Shown here in pieces: positions 7,685 to 15,289 of a DNA stretch of 32,000 bases. The position numbers and the translations under genes were made by a program. A model generated the notes under the pieces. The model worked only from the letters and a program-made list of their open reading frames with translations. It was not told where the DNA came from and did not search any database. Where the stretch lies: contig NZ_JAHDSX010000003.1 in assembly GCF_020969955.1 (NCBI RefSeq), forward strand, positions 30,001-62,000, written 5' to 3'. The DNA is from Allobaculum fili. Lineage in GTDB: Bacteria > Bacillota_I > Bacilli_A > Erysipelotrichales > Erysipelotrichaceae. How positions within the stretch are numbered: the stretch's first letter is position 1; every line of letters begins with the position of its first letter.

Positions 7685-7978
7685 TCAGCCGAGTCTTCTG
7701 GCATTGAGCGTACGATTTTCCTGCAGTGCGCGATACGCTTCCCCGTCGTGGAGCAGGCGGTCGCCATAAGCGTCCATCGCGTTTTTCAGCTGCAGCATTT
7801 TCGGACGCAGTTCTTCAAGTCTTGCCATGAAGGCTGCGCTGTCTTCGCCCTGCCACTGGCTCTGCAGTTCATTCATCGTCTGAATCATCTGGCTCAGCAG
7901 CGTTTCGTATTCGCCGGCCCGGCTTTTGAGCGTTCTTCCGGTCCGGGAAATCTCATTAAAATCCGCAACAATTCGCAT
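7685..7978 (-). CDS. esxA: WXG100 family type VII secretion target (EsxA-like), 97 aa
   Basis: Central W-x-G motif LQSQWQGEDSAAF, ~100-aa size, helical-hairpin sequence pattern, RBS AAAGGA, and T7SS gene context. Confidence 0.85.
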   Translation of the reverse strand: MRIVADFNEISRTGRTLKSRAGEYETLLSQMIQTMNELQSQWQGEDSAAFMARLEELRPKMLQLKNAMDAYGDRLLHDGEAYRALQENRTLNARRLG

Positions 7979-8089
7979 ACGCTATCCTTTCTGAACACAT
8001 CCGTGTTCCCATTCGTTTTTTCTCATTTATCCGGCCGCTGTGTGCGGCCGCTTTTGGTTTTCTGCTCTTGCTGAGGGGGGATTCTGCTT

Positions 8090-8344
8090 TTATTTCCGGT
8101 CAGATTCGCAGGACGTGATTGGAAACAGAAGCAGATGATCCTGATCGCAGATCGGCAGATCGCTCAGTCTCGTTTCCCCATCCACAAGTCCGTGTTCTTC
8201 TTCGAGATACCAGGCACTTTCCGCGCGCGAATAGCCTGAAAGAAAGGGCAGAAAATCGAGCAGATCGTTCAGCACCAGACAGGCTGGATTTGCTATTCGA
8301 AGAAGATACGTCTTTCGATCCGTCAGGGTCAGATGCAAAATCAT
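8090..8344 (-). CDS. YukD/EsaB-like ubiquitin-fold T7SS protein candidate (84 aa)
   Basis: The size matches EsaB/YukD (~80 aa). ATGA start/stop overlap with the essC-like gene. Alternating beta-like N-terminus ILHLTLTDRKTYLLRI and ...DGETRLSDLPICDQDHLLLF. Assignment rests on size and context, not a strong motif. Confidence 0.5.
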   Translation of the reverse strand: MILHLTLTDRKTYLLRIANPACLVLNDLLDFLPFLSGYSRAESAWYLEEEHGLVDGETRLSDLPICDQDHLLLFPITSCESDRK

Positions 8345-11300
8345 GGCTCGTCCAGTGCGGCGGTCTGCACATCGAAAACCTGTCCGTCTTCGATCCAGAG
8401 CGCATTGCCTTCACACGGATACGGCAGGCGAAGGCCCAGACTGTACATCCATTCGTTTTCCGGGTGCCCAAACAGGAGCACAGTTCCCTGCCTCGTTTTT
8501 TCCTGAAGAACGGCCTGGATCTGGACAGAATCCGCCCGGCTTAAATCCAGACATTCAAAATTCGTTCCGTTTGAAGCGGATCCGTTTTGTTCAAATGGAA
8601 CCGCCGTCGGATTTTGCATGTACAGTCTTCGCTGCAAACAACGGGCGGCTTTCCCCATTGCCGGCGTCAGGATAATCAGAGTCGTTTTTTGCCCTCGATA
8701 AAACAAAGGGGATCGACTGGAAAGATCGATAGCCATGAACAGATCACCCGGTTCTTCTTCAATCTCGTCAGCTTTCAGTCGCAGGCGGCATTCGGGCAGG
8801 CGATAAAACCAGGGCCGAATGGTCTGCTGCGCCCTTTTCTGACCGAGAATCAGCCGCTTCTTTTCGCCTTGGATCCTCGCAATCGCTTCGTTTTCCTTAA
8901 CCTGACCCGGTACGCTGGTTCCCAGAAAGAGAGCGCGCATTTCCCGATCGGCCAGATCGAAAAGAATGCGACAGTCGAGTGTGCCGATAAAGGAAGACCG
9001 CGCATAAGGGACGGTCGTAAAGACCAGAATCAGAGTGATGGCCGCTTTTTGCGGCAGCCGATCGATCTGACGTATAGCGGATTCAAAGCCGGCGGGATCA
9101 TCAAGGACGAAAATCGCAGGACCAATCTCTTCCGGCAGGGCGTCCAGGCATTCCGGCGCAATGACTTGATCGACCCCTTCAAAATTCAGGGTGGAATAAA
9201 CCGCTCTTTCTTCCTTCGATACCAGGAGCGATAAAGCGTGTCGAAGTGTCTTTTCTTTTCCAGCCATGGCCATCGGTCCGCACGGCAGTCGAAACGGAAT
9301 CGTTCGATGGATTTCATCGATGAGAATCTGATCTGAGTGTTCTTTCTCTTCGAGCGGATCGGGACAGAGAATCCATTCATGGGGCAGTCCCCTGGCGGCA
9401 ATCGTCTCGCCGATCTGATCCTGCAGGCTTCTTCTTGGCTGCAAAGCCCACAGGCCGTTTTCATCGAGATATTCGACGGAACTTTTCTGATCCGCCGGCG
9501 CCTTGAGATAAAAGACGCGCCCGCGCTTTTCTGCACTTCCCTGCACTTGAAGAATGAACTCTCCCGGCTGCTTTAAATGCACCGCCCCGTCATGCCCGAG
9601 CACTTCCCTGGAATCTCCGGAATCCAGAACGGAAAAACAGAGGCGGCTTCTGGAATTGGCCCAGATCTGCTCGTCCACCAGACCGGCCGGTTTCTGTGTG
9701 GAAAGAATCAGATGGACGCCGAGGCTTCTTCCAATTCGTGCCGTTTCCTGCAGCGATTTCATGAACTCTGGACAGCGGGCTTTCAGCTGACCAAATTCAT
9801 CCACGCAGATGAACAGATGGCTGAAAGGAAATGGCGCCGTTTCTGTTCCTGCCGCCTGCTGCTGTATCTGTTCTGCAATGACTTTCTGGCGCCGGTTCAG
9901 CTCATTTTCTAGAGCCTTTTCCATACGTTCAATCGAGGCCGCCTGAAGATTGGTCATCAACCCGGCGGTATGCGGCAGCGCCAGAAGCGGTCCGCCAAAC
10001 GCGCCGCCTTTAAAGTCGATCAAAATGAACTGAACCCGAGAGGGCGGATTTTGCCATGCCAGCAAATGCAGCAGGGTACTTAATCCTTCGCTTTTTCCGC
10101 TTCCCGTCGCTCCGGCAACGAGCGCGTGCGGGCCATCCTGAACCAGGTCCCAGAACACGCCTGGCGCCAGTTCAATGCGCAAATTCAGATTGCTCGAGCT
10201 CCAGAGCGGTTCGTTTACTGTGCTGGGAACCGGCAGACTGAACAAATCGGATGCCAGACCAAAGCCGCTCGCTCGCAGTTTCTGCCGTTTTTGCGTTCGA
10301 TCCAGCGACAGGCGAATCGGGGCCGTCTCCCCTTCGGGTTTTGAAAGAGACGTCTTGCAAGTACAAGGAAGAAATTCAATACATGCAGCATTTGCAGGAA
10401 GCTGGCTTGCAAAGAGTTTCTGGCGCGAACAGATCGTCCACTCCAAAGACGGATGAAGAGTGGCAAAACGAGAAAATGCCTGCACATGCGGAAAGCAGAG
10501 CGGTGTCTGTTCGAAAAAGCAGGCGGAATGAACCGGCATCTGCTCCAGAGAAAAACCGATCCACGCAAAACGCCGTCCGGAAGAATAGACCATATGGCAC
10601 CATATGAGAAAAAGATCAAGCAGGGCCGATTCGTCCAAATCCGAAAGCGTGATCGTCCTGCCTGGTTCCAGAAAAGACCAGGATGGTGCGCTGAAGCACA
10701 TCTCTTCCAGTCGATGGACGGCTTCGAGGGCTTTGGGATTTTCGGTCTGCCAGCTGATTTTCGGCTTTCGAAGCGTGATGCACGAGGAAAACTGAACGCC
10801 GGCGGGAATGGCCCAGTCCTTTCGCAGACATCCATGACGAAGCGTGTCTTCGAGAAGACAGAGTGTTTTCGCTTCGCTTTGAAACGCGCTTGTTTTCTTT
10901 TGGCGCCGTTCTTCCATTTCGTTTGCTACCCGGTTTAAGTACGCCAGATAGCTTTCCTGCGTCTTCTGCGCTTTTCGAAAAATGTTCTGCTTTTGCTTGC
11001 GGCCCTGCCAGCCATACCATCCGCCAAATGCAGCTGCGCTCATTCCCGCCCCGACAAGAGATGCCCCCAGCGTTTTCCAGTCACCGGGATTGAGCAGTGC
11101 ACCGCTGAGTGCCGACACCAGCGAGCTGATCACCATCATTCCGGCGGGAGAGGGCATGCGCGTATATTCGTCGGATTCATCCCGAACGAACGCTTCCAGT
11201 TCAAATTCCGCCGGTTTCTCCGGAGATTGAAAGGCATACGGCACAATTTCCTTTTCCCCCGAGGGTGCATCTCGTTTGTGTACGTTGGCCATTTCTCGAC

Positions 11301-11808
11301 TGGGGCCATCGGAAAAAGCCGGAGGAGCCAGCAGCAGTCGATTCCAGAACATAAACAGAGCACCTGCCGCAAAAATCCAGTCGCCTCGATTTAAGAGACA
11401 GGATTTTTCAACGCGCTGACCATTCACATACGTTCCGTTGCAGGAAAAATCTTCCAGTTTCCAGAGACCGGGCGAATCCGCTCCAAAGGCCGTCTCAACC
11501 GGCTCTGAAGAGATCTCTCCATCATCCTCCGTACGGCCTGCGAGCTCGATTCGAAAATGGAGCGGCGAAGCGTAGGGGAAATCTGCGGAGGCCGTGAACG
11601 CAAAACCTTCCGGATCCAAATCGAGCGCCATAAAGCGCGTATTCACCCGACACAGGTAACCGCCAGACCAGGGATGGAATTCGTGAACAGCTAAAAGGGG
11701 GGCCTCCATAGTAGAGTCTGTCTTCTCGTCTGTCTTGGCCGCTTCGAAGAGAACGGCCCGTTCTGGCTCAACGAAGAGAAGCGTTCCGCAATCGTCTGCG
11801 TTTTCCAT
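8341..11808 (-). CDS. essC: FtsK/SpoIIIE-family T7SS ATPase, EssC-like, short form (~1155 aa)
   Basis: N-terminal FHA-like region (..SCNGTYVNGQRVEKSCLLNRGDWIFAAGALFMF). Two TM helices (MMVISSLVSALSGALL, LGASLVGAGMSAAAFGGWYGW). Canonical Walker A GATGSGKS (nt 10090-10113) and Walker B HLFICVDEFGQL. Two further degenerate P-loop-like regions (AMAGKEKT, PAMGKAAR). Start is uncertain: TTG 11826 (ORF track), ATG 11808 or ATG 11709. None has a good RBS. Confidence 0.85.
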   Translation of the reverse strand: MENADDCGTLLFVEPERAVLFEAAKTDEKTDSTMEAPLLAVHEFHPWSGGYLCRVNTRFMALDLDPEGFAFTASADFPYASPLHFRIELAGRTEDDGEISSEPVETAFGADSPGLWKLEDFSCNGTYVNGQRVEKSCLLNRGDWIFAAGALFMFWNRLLLAPPAFSDGPSREMANVHKRDAPSGEKEIVPYAFQSPEKPAEFELEAFVRDESDEYTRMPSPAGMMVISSLVSALSGALLNPGDWKTLGASLVGAGMSAAAFGGWYGWQGRKQKQNIFRKAQKTQESYLAYLNRVANEMEERRQKKTSAFQSEAKTLCLLEDTLRHGCLRKDWAIPAGVQFSSCITLRKPKISWQTENPKALEAVHRLEEMCFSAPSWSFLEPGRTITLSDLDESALLDLFLIWCHMVYSSGRRFAWIGFSLEQMPVHSACFFEQTPLCFPHVQAFSRFATLHPSLEWTICSRQKLFASQLPANAACIEFLPCTCKTSLSKPEGETAPIRLSLDRTQKRQKLRASGFGLASDLFSLPVPSTVNEPLWSSSNLNLRIELAPGVFWDLVQDGPHALVAGATGSGKSEGLSTLLHLLAWQNPPSRVQFILIDFKGGAFGGPLLALPHTAGLMTNLQAASIERMEKALENELNRRQKVIAEQIQQQAAGTETAPFPFSHLFICVDEFGQLKARCPEFMKSLQETARIGRSLGVHLILSTQKPAGLVDEQIWANSRSRLCFSVLDSGDSREVLGHDGAVHLKQPGEFILQVQGSAEKRGRVFYLKAPADQKSSVEYLDENGLWALQPRRSLQDQIGETIAARGLPHEWILCPDPLEEKEHSDQILIDEIHRTIPFRLPCGPMAMAGKEKTLRHALSLLVSKEERAVYSTLNFEGVDQVIAPECLDALPEEIGPAIFVLDDPAGFESAIRQIDRLPQKAAITLILVFTTVPYARSSFIGTLDCRILFDLADREMRALFLGTSVPGQVKENEAIARIQGEKKRLILGQKRAQQTIRPWFYRLPECRLRLKADEIEEEPGDLFMAIDLSSRSPLFYRGQKTTLIILTPAMGKAARCLQRRLYMQNPTAVPFEQNGSASNGTNFECLDLSRADSVQIQAVLQEKTRQGTVLLFGHPENEWMYSLGLRLPYPCEGNALWIEDGQVFDVQTAALDEP

Positions 11809-13693
11809 CCGCAGCAAAGCCGCCAAGCAGTCCGCAGGCCAGAATCAGTCCTCCCATGGCCGATGCAGGTTTCACATGCAGGGTAAGCGTGTCGAGTTTC
11901 TGACCGTCTTTGAATACTTCGACCCTCTGATTTTTTCGAGCGCTGTACAGTTCGAGATACGGCTGCCCCAGCTCATCTTCCTTCAGTTTTGCGGGCTGCT
12001 CTTTTCCATCGATTTGAAGGGCATAGGAAGCCGAAGGATCATCCACATACAGGCGGAGCGCTTCGCAGGGCATAATGTCTGTTCCATCCGTTTGGACAAA
12101 CCCTCGGCAAAGCATAACTTCCTTGCGATGAAGCGCATCCCTGCGAATCATCCGGCCGTTTTCATCGAGGGAACAAAAGCGTTTTAAACGCAGCCCCGGC
12201 AGCTGGATCTGCTCCTGAAACATCTTCCCCGAATCGATGACGGTCCAGCTTTGATCCACCTTCTGCTGTCTGGCGTCCAGAAAAACCGCCTGAATCTGAA
12301 ACGCAGAATTCGATTCTGCATCAAACGCCTGTTCGAGCGATTCGTACGTTTTCTGGGTATCGAGCGACTGTACAGTAAATGCTTCAAGCGTCCCGTTTTG
12401 AACGTCGACTTTCAGATCCTGAGCGGAGGACGTAAAAATCAGCTCACCGGGTTTATACGCTTTTTCATTTCCTTTCAAAGCGGTCTGAAGAAGAGAATCC
12501 CCGTATTTGCGGCTGGAAGGGCGAAGGCTCTTTTCCGGATCCGCGCTGAGAACGGCTCCGGGATTTTGTCGTCCGGTCGGCGCAAAAGGCGAATACAGCA
12601 GCGGATCGTCGAGAAGCGATACGCTGGAAGAAGCGGAATTTGAATCCGTAAAAACCGAAGCGGTCAGCTCAGCGAATGGCCGATCCTGCATAAACGAAAA
12701 ACTAGCCGAAGAATTCCAGCTGGAATCAGAGAGAGGTGCGTCCTGATACGTGAAGGCATTCTCGACATTTAAAACGGATGGATCCGAAAGATCTGTGCCG
12801 TTCGTCTGCGGATTGGGCTGAGGCGTATCGGGATGTTCATACACCGCAAAATCCGAACTGTCGTTTCCTCCTTCCTCTGGCAAGTCATCCTCCAGAGAGC
12901 CGTCCTGAGAAGTATTTTCACTATAGGAAAAATCGGATTCGGGACGAGACAATTCACTGGCAGAAAATCCTCCAGCTGCCCAGGATACATCCAGCGGACT
13001 GAGCCGTTCGATTTCCGCTGGAGAATGGAACGACTCTGAATATCCGGTATCCGGCTCAGCATCCGGCTGCCCGTCCTTGTTTTCGAGGGAAGGACTATAG
13101 ACGCTCCATTCCAGTGCGGCACCCGTCGGTACATGGATCAGCCGAAGCCGGCTATGCGGATACTTCAGCGAGAAGCGAAACGAATCGCCCAGAGCGTACA
13201 CTTCTCGCCTTCCCTCTTCATCCTCGATTTCCAGAACGCATTGCCCAGTGTCGTCATTCAGTCTCAGACAAAGTTCGGTATCCGATAAAATCCGTTCGCC
13301 CGGCGTAGCAAAAGGCGCCTGAGGCATGGAAAGCGGCCAGTCGATACTCTCCGTTTCTTCCTGCAGTTGTCGCTGGCTGGCGGAAGACATGCGCTGAAGG
13401 CGTAAATACGGGCTGAGCAAGAAGGGACTGTCTTTGGACAGGGCGATTTCGCTGCTTTCCAGAATGTGTCCGTCTGAATCCTGCAATTCATAGGAAAGAA
13501 CATGAAATCCTTCATCGAGAAGAAGATCCAGATCGTGCAGACGCGAACCATCGAGACAGAAAATCGACCGGTGCCGGTCGACCTGCGGATAACAGACCAC
13601 CCGCGCCTCAGCGAATACTGAATTCGCAGGATTTTCTGGACTAAGACTGGCGCTGCAAGTCTGCATCACCGTTGTAACCACAGTCATATTCAT
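11768..13693 (-). CDS. 641-aa tail-anchored protein of unknown function, T7SS-locus specific
   Basis: RBS AAGGCAGGTGA. No N-terminal signal peptide. ~200-aa N-terminal domain, then a ~200-aa Ser/Asp/Glu/Pro-rich low-complexity region, then a ~200-aa beta-rich domain. Single C-terminal TM helix SAMGGLILACGLLGGFAA followed by DGKRRRLR. Its 3' end overlaps the essC-like start. Confidence 0.75.
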   Translation of the reverse strand: MNMTVVTTVMQTCSASLSPENPANSVFAEARVVCYPQVDRHRSIFCLDGSRLHDLDLLLDEGFHVLSYELQDSDGHILESSEIALSKDSPFLLSPYLRLQRMSSASQRQLQEETESIDWPLSMPQAPFATPGERILSDTELCLRLNDDTGQCVLEIEDEEGRREVYALGDSFRFSLKYPHSRLRLIHVPTGAALEWSVYSPSLENKDGQPDAEPDTGYSESFHSPAEIERLSPLDVSWAAGGFSASELSRPESDFSYSENTSQDGSLEDDLPEEGGNDSSDFAVYEHPDTPQPNPQTNGTDLSDPSVLNVENAFTYQDAPLSDSSWNSSASFSFMQDRPFAELTASVFTDSNSASSSVSLLDDPLLYSPFAPTGRQNPGAVLSADPEKSLRPSSRKYGDSLLQTALKGNEKAYKPGELIFTSSAQDLKVDVQNGTLEAFTVQSLDTQKTYESLEQAFDAESNSAFQIQAVFLDARQQKVDQSWTVIDSGKMFQEQIQLPGLRLKRFCSLDENGRMIRRDALHRKEVMLCRGFVQTDGTDIMPCEALRLYVDDPSASYALQIDGKEQPAKLKEDELGQPYLELYSARKNQRVEVFKDGQKLDTLTLHVKPASAMGGLILACGLLGGFAADGKRRRLRNASLR

Positions 13694-13732
13694 TCACCTG
13701 CCTTTTTACATGCCGTTGATGACGGCTGCGGT

Positions 13733-15289
13733 TCATCTATTCATACGAGCCTGAATTGTCGAGAGCGAAAATTTGAGACGGCTTTTGTTTTCTCGAAAAT
13801 CATTCCAGGCTGGAAAAGTCATCGGATAGTTTCCACAAAAACGAATTGTTTTTCTCATCTTCCTGGCGATCGGTTTCCAGAGCGGAATTCGTAACCAGAG
13901 GAAAATCGAAAAGAGATCCTCTTTCTGAATTTCCTCTATGGAAGCAGCATCGTCTGAATCTGCGCTTTGCCAGTGCAAATACAGTTTCCAGAGATCCGGG
14001 GCGCGTTTGGCCAGAGCGTTCTGCATCGTTTCGTTTAAAGAAAGGGTCTGTCCGTTCTGCCGTTTTCCAATCAGCATGTACACGAGCGAACGCGCACACT
14101 CTCCGCTCATCTGTTCAGGAGTTTCGATCTCTGCCAGAAGGCGTTCGAGCCGATCTGGAGCGACCGCATCCGGCGTAAGGGCGACCATCTGCGCCATAAG
14201 CTCAAGCGGTTCCTGCCATCCGCTCTGGTCTGGGAGTTCTTCGAGCAGATCGTCCAGCTGCTTCTGCGGGATCAGGCCATACACTAAAAGCTCCAGCATC
14301 GCCTTTGAAAAGCGGATCGAATAGTTCGTATCGTCTGGCAGATGATCCATACAGAAGCCGGCCAGACTGCGATGTTCTTCGCGCAAAGCCGCTTTGGCCG
14401 CCACACTCCACTCCGCCGGGCTCAGTTTGCGCTGCGGGTTTTCTTCCAGAAGTCTGGCATACTGGGCGCACAAAACCGAGGCTTCGGGAAGTCCGTTCGA
14501 CGAGTCGAGCGCATACGCCAGCCGCTCATTTTCGCCTGCCTGGGAAGACATTCCAATCGGCAGCACGAGCATCAATACCGAACAGCACGCGACCAGAAAA
14601 AGGGACAGGATCAGCAGCGCGCTTTTCTTTCGCGATTTCTTAACGGCCTTTTTCATGGCCTTCAACGACGAGAATCGCCGTCTCGGATCGGTACTCAGTG
14701 CTGTCCACGCAATGAGCGAAGGTCCAAACATATGCAGATACAGACGGCCCAACCCGATCTGATCCGCTCGCTCATCCATGCGTGCACCGTCCGCGCCTTC
14801 AGGCGGCAGCGCGTCTTTATTGACGAAGACCGGACGCGTGCTCCCGATCGGCAGACAGGCATTGAAATCGATCAGTACGGCATGTCCGTTGTGGACCAGG
14901 ACGTTGTCGCCTTTCAAATCGAGATACAGATATCCGGCCTGATGCACCTGTTCGATCAGCGCAAGAATTTGAAGGAAGATTTCTTTTTTCGCCTTTCGCG
15001 AGGGGCGTTCGTGCAGCCATTCCTCTAACGAACAGCCCTCAAACCAGGTTTCCACCAGCGTGTGGGCATACAAATCGGATCCATACTCCACTAAAGAAGG
15101 AGTCCACATCGAATCGAGCTTTTCCAGAACGTCTTTTTCCCGTCGCAAAGCGTCCAGAACAACGGAGGGCGCATCGATCGGAACGCTTTTGCGCACGGCT
15201 TTCTTTTGGGAGAGCGGATGCATTACCAGATCGGTCTGGCCATGCGGCGTCTGCTTGAGCGTTTCGATCCAGATCCAGGATTCACTCAT
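13733..15289 (-). CDS. Single-pass membrane protein with N-terminal Hanks-type protein-kinase-like domain (EssB/YukC-like topology), 518 aa
   Basis: Kinase-like motifs: AVRK (beta3 Lys), catalytic loop YLDLKGDN (nt 14903-14920), DFN in place of DFG, PPE in place of APE. The Gly-rich loop is degenerate. TM ALLILSLFLVACCSVLMLVLPIG at residues ~224-246. ~270-aa helical extracytoplasmic domain. 8-nt overlap (ATGAGTGA) with the upstream FHA gene. Confidence 0.75.
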   Translation of the reverse strand: MSESWIWIETLKQTPHGQTDLVMHPLSQKKAVRKSVPIDAPSVVLDALRREKDVLEKLDSMWTPSLVEYGSDLYAHTLVETWFEGCSLEEWLHERPSRKAKKEIFLQILALIEQVHQAGYLYLDLKGDNVLVHNGHAVLIDFNACLPIGSTRPVFVNKDALPPEGADGARMDERADQIGLGRLYLHMFGPSLIAWTALSTDPRRRFSSLKAMKKAVKKSRKKSALLILSLFLVACCSVLMLVLPIGMSSQAGENERLAYALDSSNGLPEASVLCAQYARLLEENPQRKLSPAEWSVAAKAALREEHRSLAGFCMDHLPDDTNYSIRFSKAMLELLVYGLIPQKQLDDLLEELPDQSGWQEPLELMAQMVALTPDAVAPDRLERLLAEIETPEQMSGECARSLVYMLIGKRQNGQTLSLNETMQNALAKRAPDLWKLYLHWQSADSDDAASIEEIQKEDLFSIFLWLRIPLWKPIARKMRKTIRFCGNYPMTFPAWNDFRENKSRLKFSLSTIQARMNR

